53,525 bases of DNA from an uncultured Rhodobacterales bacterium (GCA_964535075.1 CAZHRQ010000001.1:1-53525); one strand, 5' to 3'; counted from the stretch's first letter, positions 25,624 through 34,267 are shown. Notes: a model not told the origin generated them from the sequence alone. Made by a program: numbers and translations.

Positions 25624-26388
25624 TCAATCCAGCAGGCGCAACGCCATGCGGTGGCTCCGATAGCAGTGCCACGAGGCATAGGCCATCACGGGAAAGCTCA
25701 CCAGCAGCGGCAGGAAGAAGAACACCAGGCTAGCCCCCGTCACCAGAAACAGGGTGGCGGCCCAGCCCAGCAGCGACCAGCGGCAGCGCCAGGCCAGCCG
25801 CACCCCCGTGAACAGCGGCGCCCGGGGCTCGGGGATTTCCGCATCCACCGCATAGGGCAGGGAAAACACACTCGCGGCAAAGGCGGCCGCCAGCACCGCC
25901 AGGCCCACCAGCCCCCCCAGGCCCATGAACAGCCATGCCCCCGGCCCGCTCAGGCGGGTCATGAACACCTGCAAGGTGGGCGGCGCCCCGTGATGGAACA
26001 GGGCGAACAGCACCAGGGACAACAGCAGCCACACCAGGGCCAGCATTACCAGCACCAGGGCCACGTCCATCAGCGGTCCCCGCCGGTGCCACAGCAGCGT
26101 TGCCACGGCCTCCAGGTCCAGAGGGCCGTTTTCCTCCCGCAGTTGAGTGGCCACCATTAGCGCTACCGCCAGCACCGGCGCGGTCACCAAGAACACCAAC
26201 GCCAGGGGCAGGACCAGGGAGGTAGCCCCCGCCACGCCCGTGGCGCCAAACATCAACCAGCCCGCCACGGTCACCGGTCCGCCAAACGCCAGGGAGAGTA
26301 GGGGCATGGCGCGGAAATCGCGCAGGCCAAGGCTCATCCAGCGCAGACTGGCGTCACGGGGTGCCGGGGGTTCGGGGACGGAAGACAT
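25624..26388 (-). CDS. Integral membrane protein (DUF2189-like)
   Basis: 254 aa with 5-6 TM segments. N-terminus ..SLRWMSLGLRDFRAMPLLSLAFGG.. resembles the DUF2189 family as I recall it. Confidence 0.55.
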   Translation of the reverse strand: MSSVPEPPAPRDASLRWMSLGLRDFRAMPLLSLAFGGPVTVAGWLMFGATGVAGATSLVLPLALVFLVTAPVLAVALMVATQLREENGPLDLEAVATLLWHRRGPLMDVALVLVMLALVWLLLSLVLFALFHHGAPPTLQVFMTRLSGPGAWLFMGLGGLVGLAVLAAAFAASVFSLPYAVDAEIPEPRAPLFTGVRLAWRCRWSLLGWAATLFLVTGASLVFFFLPLLVSFPVMAYASWHCYRSHRMALRLLD

Positions 26389-26469
26389 GGCGGCCCTCTC
26401 GTTAACTGGGGATTCCTGAAACGCACCTCACAAGCCCTCCTGTATATGGGACCCATGCCCCGGCGTCGC

Positions 26470-26608
26470 TAGAGCCTATCGCGGTCAATGGGACCCCATT
26501 TTTGGGTCCCATTGACCGCGTGAATCGGCTCTATCTATTTGATTTAGAGCGGATTCACGCGCAAAATCTGGTTCACAACGTGAACCCGATTGGGTGCGAT
26601 CCGCTCTA
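26470..26608. repeat. Intact composite repeat: module A, linker, module B
   Basis: TAGAGCCTATCGCGGTCAATGGGACCC-cattttt-GGGTCCCATTGACCGCGTGAATCGGCTCTA, then TCTATTTGATT, then TAGAGCGGATTCACGCGCAAAATCTGGTTCAC-aac-GTGAACCCGATTGGGTGCGATCCGCTCTA. Confidence 0.9.
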
Positions 26609-26686
26609 GATAAAGTGTGACTCCCCTGAACGAATGAATCGCCTATACTAGCGGCCGACCCCCTACGCCCTCCTGGGGAGGCCGCC

Positions 26687-26908
26687 GTGCCCGGACTGAC
26701 CCTGCTGGACGATCTGGATCCCACCGGGGCGCAACGCCGCATGGCTGCCCGCACCCTGCTGGCCATGATTCTGGCCGGCCTTGTGCTCTCCCGCACTCCC
26801 CTGTGGCCGACCCAGGTGCTGTGGGCCATGATGGCCGCCCCCAACGTGGGTCTCAATCTGCCGCGCCCCACGCCGGCGCGGGGACCGGGACTCTTCAAGG
26901 CGGCTTGA
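26687..26908 (+). CDS. Small hypothetical membrane protein (73 aa) lying between inverted repeat copies
   Basis: GTG start 6 nt after GGGGAGG. High third-position GC. One hydrophobic stretch (RTLLAMILAGLVLS..VLWAMMAA). No recognisable family. Confidence 0.35.
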   Translation: MPGLTLLDDLDPTGAQRRMAARTLLAMILAGLVLSRTPLWPTQVLWAMMAAPNVGLNLPRPTPARGPGLFKAA

Positions 26909-26977
26909 AGCCTCCCGATCCCCCGCCTATGGTGAAGGGCATCGTCTTAATGAAGGAGGCCGTTATGCGGGCGCGAC

Positions 26978-27061
26978 CCGCTCTGAATCAAATAGATAGG
27001 GCCGATTCACGCGGTCAAGGGGACCCGAGAATTGGGTCCCCTTGACCGCGATAGGCTCTAG
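26978..27061. repeat. Module A palindromic repeat, linker and B-stub, inverted relative to 26470
   Basis: CCGCTCTGAATCAAATAGATAGGGCCGATTCACGCGGTCAAGGGGACCC-gagaatt-GGGTCCCCTTGACCGCGATAGGCTCTAG. It is the reverse-complement orientation of the 26470 copy, linker included. Confidence 0.9.
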
Positions 27062-27073
27062 GAGGGCGACGCG

Positions 27074-28765
27074 ATGACCCTGCGGCCTCGTCTTGCTTCC
27101 AACATTCCCTGGGTGATCGGCCTGATCGTGGTGGTGACCGTGCTCATGGGCGGGGGCCTGGCGCTCAACCTCCTGCGGGAGCGCCAAATGGCCGTGACCG
27201 AGGCGCGGGCCCGTGCCACCACCCTGGTGGCCTCCCTGGAACGCCACACCCGCCGGGTGCTGGAAACCTCCAACCTGATCCTGGACCGGGTGATGGTGGC
27301 CGTGGACGGGCGCCCGTGGTCGGCGGTGGCGGCAGACCCCAGGGTGCCCGATTTGATGGCCCGTCTGGTGAACGAAATCTCCTATCTACAGCAATTATGG
27401 CTGGCCGATGCCCAGGGCGTGGTCCGGGCGGTGGGCGGCAGTTTTCCCGCCCCCACGGTGACCATTGGCCGCCGCCCCTATTTCGAGCGGGCCCGCCAGC
27501 AGCCGGACACGGCCGCCCTGGTGGTGGGGCCGCCGGTGGAGTCTGATTTCGCCGGCCGCCGCTATATCCCGGTGGCCCGGCCCCTATACGATTCCCAGGG
27601 CCGGTTCCGGGGCGTGGTGGCGGGCGCGGTGGACCCCGCCTACTTCCCCGATTTTTTCCGTGCCCTGCGCATCGGTCCCGAAAGCACCATGGGGCTCATC
27701 CACACGGATGGCACGCTGCTCAGCCGGGAACCTTTCGATCCCGCCACCATCGGCACCGACGCCAGCGGGTCCCGCATAGTGCAACGCTTCTGGGACGGCG
27801 AGACAGAGGCCACCCTGCGTGCCGTCTCCCCCCTGGATGGCACGGTACGGCATGGCGCCTACAAGGCCCTGAAAAACTTGCCGCTGCTGGTTTATGTGGC
27901 GGTGGCGGAACGCGACGCCCTGATCCAGTGGCGACAGGAAATGCGGCAGCAGTTGCTGACGGCGGCGGTGGCGCTGGTGATGATCCTGCTGCTGGCGGGT
28001 CTGGTGGTGCAGCGTATCCGGCGGGAGGAACGGGCGGCTCGGGCGCTGGCCCGGCAAAGCACCGCCTTGGAACAGGCCAACGCCGACCTGCGGCAGTTCG
28101 CACGGGTGATGGCCCACGACCTGCAGGAACCCACCCGTATCATCCATCTCTACGCCCAGCTTCTGGAACGCCGCCACCAAGGCGCCCTGGACGAGGAGGG
28201 CCAGGAGTATGTGCGCACCGTGGCCACGGGCAGCCGCCGTATGTATCGGCTTATCAATGACCTGCTGGCCTATTTCGATCTGGTGCACCATGCGCGGGAG
28301 ATTGAGGCCGTGCCGCTGGGGCCGGTGGTGGACGGCGCCCTGAGCCAGCTCGACCGCCTGCGCCGGGAAACCAACGCCCGCATCACCGTGACGGAGCCGC
28401 TGCCGGTGGTGGGGGCCCAGCCGGAAGCCCTGGGCCGGGTCTTTCACGAAATCCTGGAAAACGCCCTGCTGTACCGCCACCCCGACCGTTCCCCGGTGAT
28501 CACTCTGTGGGCGGAACGGCGGGAGACCCACTGGGCGGTCTGCATCCAGGACAATGGCCCCGGCATCGCCCCCCATCACCAGACGCAGATTTTCGAGGTC
28601 TTCAAGCGCTTACACCACGAAACCGATCAGCCGGGCACCGGCATCGGCCTGGCCCTGTGCCAGAAGCTCACGCAGGAGTGGGGCGGGCAGGTCACCGTGC
28701 ATAGTCACCCGGGCGAGGGCAGCACCTTCACCCTGCTCCTGCCCGACAGGCCGCAAAAAGATTAA
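27074..28765 (+). CDS. Sensor histidine kinase with periplasmic Cache-type domain (no cognate regulator adjacent)
   Basis: TM1, a periplasmic ~270-aa Cache-like region and TM2. H-box MAHDLQEPTR, N box and G-box GTGIGLALCQKL. GGAGGG before the ATG. Confidence 0.9.
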   Translation: MTLRPRLASNIPWVIGLIVVVTVLMGGGLALNLLRERQMAVTEARARATTLVASLERHTRRVLETSNLILDRVMVAVDGRPWSAVAADPRVPDLMARLVNEISYLQQLWLADAQGVVRAVGGSFPAPTVTIGRRPYFERARQQPDTAALVVGPPVESDFAGRRYIPVARPLYDSQGRFRGVVAGAVDPAYFPDFFRALRIGPESTMGLIHTDGTLLSREPFDPATIGTDASGSRIVQRFWDGETEATLRAVSPLDGTVRHGAYKALKNLPLLVYVAVAERDALIQWRQEMRQQLLTAAVALVMILLLAGLVVQRIRREERAARALARQSTALEQANADLRQFARVMAHDLQEPTRIIHLYAQLLERRHQGALDEEGQEYVRTVATGSRRMYRLINDLLAYFDLVHHAREIEAVPLGPVVDGALSQLDRLRRETNARITVTEPLPVVGAQPEALGRVFHEILENALLYRHPDRSPVITLWAERRETHWAVCIQDNGPGIAPHHQTQIFEVFKRLHHETDQPGTGIGLALCQKLTQEWGGQVTVHSHPGEGSTFTLLLPDRPQKD

Positions 28766-31700
28766 TAGTCGTGGCGCCAGAGGATACCCAGGGAACCGCC
28801 GCCCTCGGGCGTGGTGCGTCCTTCCAGTTTCAATTCCGGGGTCAGGTCGTATTCCGCAGACACGGTGGTCTGGTTGCTGGTCACGCCCTGTTCCACGCCC
28901 ACGTAGAGATCGCGAGTCAGGTACTTTCCCGCCTCCACGGTGGTATCGTCCAGGCTGCTGCCACCAAAACGCAGCACATCCAGCCCCAACCCCCGCCGCA
29001 GGTCCCCCACCACGTTCAGGGACGGCCCGCCTCCCCCCTTTCCCGTGAGCTGGCTCACCGCCTGCGCCGCGGCGATGGCGGCGCCGGGCCCCAGTTCCGA
29101 CAGGCTTTGTCCGAACAGCACCTGAGAGACGATTTCATCCTCGGGATAGTCGGGATCCGATTGCAGCTTGACCTCGGGACTGTCGGCATTGCCGCTTACC
29201 ACCACCTGGGCGGTCAGGGCATCGGTATCGTTCTCGGCGATGATGTTGAGGTCCGGATTGGGCGGGCTCCAGCCCCGGAACGTAATAATGCCGGTGGCGA
29301 TATTGAAGGGCTTGCCCAGCACGGAGAAATCCCCGCGCACCACCTGAATGCGGCCGTTGAGGCGGGGGGCGCTGGCCACGCCGCCCACCGTCAGGGCCAT
29401 TTTCCACTCGCTCATGAAATCGGGACCATAGACGAACAGGCGGTTGGGCGCGTCGATGGTCAGATCCAGGATCATGGGCACCACGGGCGCCCCGTCGTTT
29501 TCCTCCTGCGCCGGGACCTCGCCGGCCACCAACGCGCTTTCGTCCACGATCACCACCCCGGCCAGGGGATCACCGGCGCTGCCGGGCATGTCCAGGGGGG
29601 ACAGGGCCACCCGCCCCACATCCACCCGGCCGCGCAGCGTTCCTCCCGGCAAGGTGCCCTGATAACGCACGTCGGCACTGGCATCGCCCGTGAGCCAATC
29701 CACGTCGGCGACCCGTACCTGGTGAATCTGCAACCGCCCGTTCAGTTGCGGGCGGTTGTTCTCCGTCAGTTGGCCGTCGGCGGTAAAGGTCGCTCGCCCC
29801 GTATAATAGTCCCGGAAGCGCAGGTCGGCCTGGATGCGTCGGTCTCTTGTCAGCGCCACGTCCAGGGTCCCCTGGTGAAGAGACAAACCGATATCGTGGT
29901 CCGCGAACAGCAGATCGCGGCCGCGCAGGGTCACACTGGGCCGGGGGCGGGCCAAGGTGCCGCCCACCGCCCCCTTGAGGGACAGGGCGCCGCCGAAGCC
30001 GTAGGGCGTGCCCGGCAGCACCGTTTCCAGCACCGAAAGATCCGTCTCCCAGTCCACCTGGGCCGACAGGGGACCCTCGGGCCGGGGGAGGGGCAAACCG
30101 CCCTGCCAGCGCACGGGCAGCCGGGCGGTAATCTCCAGGGGCTCGGCCTTCTCCAGCCCCGCCAGGGTCAGGCGGGTGTCCACGCCGGTGGGCGTCAGGT
30201 CCCCCGCCACCCGCAGCGACAGGGCGGGAATCAGCCCCAGCAGGGTGGCGGTTTCCGCCGTCTGGTCGTTGCCGAAGCGCACCCCCGTGGCGGCCAGGGC
30301 CACCCGGCCGCTTTGTCCCCGCAGTTGCACGTCGCCGTTAAGCCGCCCCTGCATCTGGGATTGGGGCGCCACCGTGCGCACCAGGGACAGGGGCACATTG
30401 TCCACCCGGGCCGTGAGGTCATAGCCGTTGGCGCCCTGCCCCCCGTCCAGACGCAAGCGGCCGTCGTTCACGGCCAGGTCCAGGCCCGACACCCGGGGCC
30501 CCTGGGGGGTCAGGGCCAATTCGGCCGGGCCGGACAGCCGCAGGTCCAGGGGATCATAGCGGGCGTTGAACCGGTTCAGGGTCATAACGGGGCCCCGGTC
30601 TCCCCCCAGCACCGCCCGCCCGGCCGCATCCAGGTGGGCGGTGCCCTGGCTCTGCACCCCGAAAGCCAGATCGGCGAGGGAACCGGCCACCGTGACCGAA
30701 GCCGCCTCGGCCAACGGCCGCCCTCCTTCGCTCACGCCGGTGGCGGAGAGGGTGGCGTCCAGGCGCGGCGTGCCCGTCACGTCGCGGGCATCGCCGGTCA
30801 GCCGCAACTGCCGCACGGCCAGCGCTCCCTGGCGCAGGTCGGTGGCGGTGCCGTCCACCGCCAGGGCCTGCCGACCGTCCGGCGTGGAGGGCCGCACCGT
30901 CAGGTCCGCCGCGCCGGCCAGTCCTGGCACCAGGGTCCCCAGGTCGGCGGCCCGCAGGCGCACCTGCCCATCGGTCACCAGCCCCCGGGTCAGGTCCACC
31001 CGGGCCTCCCCTTGGGCGTCGAGACCGGCCAGTCGGGCCTTCAGGTCGTGCAGCGTCAGGGTCGTGAGGCCGCCGGCAGTGGCAAAACCGGTGTCCAGGG
31101 CCACCGGCCCCAGGGGCACGGTGGCCGCCAGCGACAGGGTCCCCGCCAGCTTGGACACCACTCGCGTCAGGCGTAGGGACAGGGTGCCCTCCGTGATCCG
31201 CGTGCCGCCGACGGTCAGGGTGGGCAGGTCCAGATCCAGGATCACATCGGGGTCGGACAACCGGCCGGTGGCGGTGACATCCAGGGTGGCCCGGCCCTGG
31301 AGCCGGGGCATCAACCGATGAAGGTCCTCATCGCGCAGGACCAGCCCGGCCGTGAGGCGGTCGCGGCCCGGATCCACCGTGGCCTGTCCGCCGAGGCTCA
31401 GGCCCGGCGCGGTGGCCTTCAGGTCGTGCACGGTGATCACGCCGTTCCGCACCTGCACCGGCGCCGTAAGGATTACGGGTCCATAGGGATCGGCCAGCAC
31501 CCCTGGGGGCACCAGCGCCCCCAGCCGGGGCAGCCGGGCGGAGACGGTGGCGGTGACGTGGCTGCCCCGGATGGTGCCGGTGGCGGCCACGTGGGTGGCG
31601 TCATCCCCCAGCCGCAGGGCCGCCACATCATAACTACCATCGGGACGGCCGATCACCCGGGCGGCGACGGGCAACGGTTCGGGCAGGGCTTTCGCCACCG

Positions 31701-32961
31701 GCACCAGCGTCTCCAGCCCTTCCACCCGGGCCCTGGCGGTTACCGTCGGCCGGCCATCGGTCAGTTTTACCGTGCCGTCCAGCCGCACCCGGGAGAGGGT
31801 GCGTCCCGGCGCGCCCACGTCCTTCACGTCGCCGTGCACGGTCACTTGCGGGGCGGCGGGAGTGCCGGCCAGGGTGGCGGTCACCTGGCCGTGCCGCAGG
31901 GTCACCGGGGCCAGGGCTTCCAGGAAGCGGCCATCTCGCACGGTCAGGGACAGATCACCGGCCAGGGTCTCGCCCACGGTGGCGGTCCCCGCCAGTCGCC
32001 ACGCGGGGGCCGCCACGGTGAGGGGATCCACCGTCACGGCCCCGTCGCCAAAGCGCGCGCCCAGGTCGAGGGTGGTTTCCGTCCCCATCAGGGCGGTCCA
32101 GGAGGGCGGCGCCGTCGGCCCGGGCCGTACCGTCAGTGTGGTGGAGACCGCCTCGGGACTGCCGCTGATGGGCCCGTGCACGGTGATCAGGTCCTCGGCG
32201 CTGGCGGACAGGGTGCCCTGCCACTGGGACAGGGGGCCCCGGCCTTTCAGGGTCAGGGAGACGGGCGGGGTTCCGGGCAGGTTGGCGGCGGTGGCCAGCA
32301 ATCCCCCGGCCGGCTCCGACAGGCGGGCCGCCACGGCCAGGGTTTCATCGCGGCCCAACCCACCCTGCACGGTGACGGTGCCGGGATGGTCGTCGATGCG
32401 GTCCACGGTCAGGCGGGCCCGGACCACATCGGGCCCGTCCGCCGGCGTGTCCAGGCTGCCGTGCACGCTCAACCGCGCCGCCTGCCCGACCACCGGCGGG
32501 TCCAGCACCACCGTATCCACATGCAAATCCCGCAGGGTGGCGGCGACGGGCAGATGGGCGGGCCAGGTGGGCAGGCCACGGGTCTGGGGATCCGTCTGTC
32601 CCTTGCCGACGGGGGGACGGCGCACGTGCACCGTGCGGGCGGCCAGGGTCTCCACGGCGATGCGCCCGGAGATCAGGGCGGCGGGTCGCCAGGCCAGGGA
32701 CACCTTGTCGGCGGACAGCCATACGCCCTCGCCATCGGCCACCGTCACCCGGTCCAGGGTGAGATGCCCGGGCAGGCGGCCGCCGAGTCCTTCCAAGGTT
32801 ACGGGCGTGCCGGCGGCGGCGGCGGCCGACTCCACTTTGGTGACCAGCCACTGACGGCCCTGGTCGGTGCCCATCAGCCACCAGCCGGCGGTGCCGATTC
32901 CCACGGCCAGCAGCCCCAAGAGCCCTAGCAGGGCCAGACCGCCCCGGATCACCCAACGCAC
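28762..32961 (-). CDS. tamB: Translocation and assembly module subunit TamB (DUF490 C-terminus)
   Basis: 1399 aa with an N-terminal signal-anchor and a long beta-rich body. C-terminal DUF490-like ..GKYLTRDLYVGVEQG...EYDLTPELKLEGRT..GGGSLGILWRHDY. GTG start. Confidence 0.88.
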   Translation of the reverse strand: MRWVIRGGLALLGLLGLLAVGIGTAGWWLMGTDQGRQWLVTKVESAAAAAGTPVTLEGLGGRLPGHLTLDRVTVADGEGVWLSADKVSLAWRPAALISGRIAVETLAARTVHVRRPPVGKGQTDPQTRGLPTWPAHLPVAATLRDLHVDTVVLDPPVVGQAARLSVHGSLDTPADGPDVVRARLTVDRIDDHPGTVTVQGGLGRDETLAVAARLSEPAGGLLATAANLPGTPPVSLTLKGRGPLSQWQGTLSASAEDLITVHGPISGSPEAVSTTLTVRPGPTAPPSWTALMGTETTLDLGARFGDGAVTVDPLTVAAPAWRLAGTATVGETLAGDLSLTVRDGRFLEALAPVTLRHGQVTATLAGTPAAPQVTVHGDVKDVGAPGRTLSRVRLDGTVKLTDGRPTVTARARVEGLETLVPVAKALPEPLPVAARVIGRPDGSYDVAALRLGDDATHVAATGTIRGSHVTATVSARLPRLGALVPPGVLADPYGPVILTAPVQVRNGVITVHDLKATAPGLSLGGQATVDPGRDRLTAGLVLRDEDLHRLMPRLQGRATLDVTATGRLSDPDVILDLDLPTLTVGGTRITEGTLSLRLTRVVSKLAGTLSLAATVPLGPVALDTGFATAGGLTTLTLHDLKARLAGLDAQGEARVDLTRGLVTDGQVRLRAADLGTLVPGLAGAADLTVRPSTPDGRQALAVDGTATDLRQGALAVRQLRLTGDARDVTGTPRLDATLSATGVSEGGRPLAEAASVTVAGSLADLAFGVQSQGTAHLDAAGRAVLGGDRGPVMTLNRFNARYDPLDLRLSGPAELALTPQGPRVSGLDLAVNDGRLRLDGGQGANGYDLTARVDNVPLSLVRTVAPQSQMQGRLNGDVQLRGQSGRVALAATGVRFGNDQTAETATLLGLIPALSLRVAGDLTPTGVDTRLTLAGLEKAEPLEITARLPVRWQGGLPLPRPEGPLSAQVDWETDLSVLETVLPGTPYGFGGALSLKGAVGGTLARPRPSVTLRGRDLLFADHDIGLSLHQGTLDVALTRDRRIQADLRFRDYYTGRATFTADGQLTENNRPQLNGRLQIHQVRVADVDWLTGDASADVRYQGTLPGGTLRGRVDVGRVALSPLDMPGSAGDPLAGVVIVDESALVAGEVPAQEENDGAPVVPMILDLTIDAPNRLFVYGPDFMSEWKMALTVGGVASAPRLNGRIQVVRGDFSVLGKPFNIATGIITFRGWSPPNPDLNIIAENDTDALTAQVVVSGNADSPEVKLQSDPDYPEDEIVSQVLFGQSLSELGPGAAIAAAQAVSQLTGKGGGGPSLNVVGDLRRGLGLDVLRFGGSSLDDTTVEAGKYLTRDLYVGVEQGVTSNQTTVSAEYDLTPELKLEGRTTPEGGGSLGILWRHDY

Positions 32962-33420
32962 GTTACCGGCCTCGTTCGTTGATCATGCAGTTGATTGTCA
33001 CCATCCATGGGGGGAACGCGGCTGTCAATTCGCCCCCTGCCCCCGCAATGCCACCACCCGCCGTTGAGGGCCTCAAACCAACATCCCCAGGCTACGGTGG
33101 GGTCAGCCCCCAGCGTCGCCTGGAAGCGCGCGACCGCGCGCCGGGCCGGCCAGGCCCGTAGGCAAGGCGGCACCGCCGCCGCCCTGCACCGGCGTTCAGA
33201 ACATGTTCCGGAACTGTGCACCACCGCGCGCCACCTGCTGACCCGGAATTGCTGCGGCGAGCAATCCCTGCTCACCCGTCTGGCCGAGGCCCGCCATACA
33301 AGCCCCGACAGCCGCCACCACCCTGCGGACCAGGATCGGGATAGCGCCTGCCGGCTGGAGCGCCTGTTGTGGCAGGCGGTCACCGGCCCTCACCCCTTGA
33401 CCCAGGCCCAACGGCTGGGT

Positions 33421-33451
33421 GCGATAGGCTCTATCTATTTGATTTAGTGCG
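33421..33451. repeat. Repeat stub (end of a module A arm plus linker)
   Basis: GCGATAGGCTCTATCTATTTGATTTAGTGCG matches the arm end and linker of the other copies. The inner head is missing. Confidence 0.6.
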
Positions 33452-33498
33452 CTGCCAGGGGGGGCGCGCTTCTTCGTGCCGTCTGAGCGCCGCCCAGG

Positions 33499-34119
33499 TC
33501 AGGTGCCGTACAGCTTCAGGAACTGAGCCACGGCGCGGCGGGCCCGTTGACGCAAGGCGTCGTCGGAGGGCCGGGGCAACGTGCCCAGCAGCCGCCGCAC
33601 CTGAAGATCGGCCATCACCAGCCCCACCAGGGTATCCACCACCTCGCCCACCTCGTCGAAGGTCAGGCGGCCCGCATCCCGCTGGGCGAGCAGGTAGCGG
33701 GCCAGCAGGGGCTCCACCCGGTCGCGGCCCCGGCTTTTCAGCAATTCGGCCAGGGTGCTGTCCCGTGGCGCCTCGGAAATGGCGGCACGGTTCACCGTCA
33801 GGGAGCGTTCCCCCGTCTGCAACCGCAACAGGGCCAGGGCGAAGTCGTACAGGGACTCGGCGGTGGGCCGCTCGGGAGTCTTCAGGGCCGGCGCCAGGGT
33901 ATCCTGGATCTCGGCGGCGTTGACCATCACCACTTCGGCGAACAGGCCCTGTTTGTCCCCGAACCAAGCGTACAGGGTTTCCTTGGACGCGCGCGCGCAA
34001 CGGGCTATTTCCAGCATGGTCGCGCCCGCGTAGCCCTTTTCCGCCAGCACCCGCCGTGCGGCCTCCAGAATATCTGCTCGACGCGACGACGGGTCGCTGT
34101 TGCGCGCGGGACGCGCCAT
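33499..34119 (-). CDS. TetR/AcrR-family transcriptional regulator
   Basis: N-terminal HTH ..ILEAARRVLAEKGYAGATMLEIARCARASKETLYAWFGDKQGLF... 206 aa. Confidence 0.9.
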   Translation of the reverse strand: MARPARNSDPSSRRADILEAARRVLAEKGYAGATMLEIARCARASKETLYAWFGDKQGLFAEVVMVNAAEIQDTLAPALKTPERPTAESLYDFALALLRLQTGERSLTVNRAAISEAPRDSTLAELLKSRGRDRVEPLLARYLLAQRDAGRLTFDEVGEVVDTLVGLVMADLQVRRLLGTLPRPSDDALRQRARRAVAQFLKLYGT

Positions 34120-34199
34120 GCCGCCTGATCCCTTGCTCTGATCGCCTACAAATAGTCCCCGTTGTTACCATACCGTCCGGCCGGCTCCAAGCGGGGGGC

Positions 34200-34267
34200 T
34201 TGACTGCGGCCCTTGGCCCCTATATCGTCTTGTCATATATCGGACTGATATATGACAAGACGATATA
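34200..34267 (+). promoter_or_regulatory. Promoter -35 element plus perfect 20-bp inverted-repeat operator upstream of the padR-MFP-RND operon
   Basis: TTGACT at 34200-34205. TATATCGTCTTGTCATATAT (34221-34240), cggactg, ATATATGACAAGACGATATA (34248-34267), 20/20 complementary. Any -10 element spaced 15-17 nt from the -35 falls inside the left arm. Confidence 0.65.

Noticed and set aside
33196-33411. 71-aa minus-strand ORF (TTG start, ..AIPILVRRVVAAVGACMAGLG..FRNMF) and the 150-aa plus-strand ORF 32995-33447 in the tamB upstream gap
   Set aside because: There is no SD, and the minus-strand ORF starts at TTG. Third-position GC is lower than in neighbouring genes, rare codons (AGG, TTG, GGA) are present, and both strands look about equally coding-like. 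No family resemblance. Kept only as part of the gap finding.
34221-34267. The AT-rich perfect palindrome as a dif (XerCD) site or replication-related element, prompted by ftsK nearby
   Set aside because: It does not resemble the dif consensus (two 11-bp arms around a 6-bp core, ..ATAATGTATATTATGT..). Its position between divergent regulator and efflux genes fits an operator much better.
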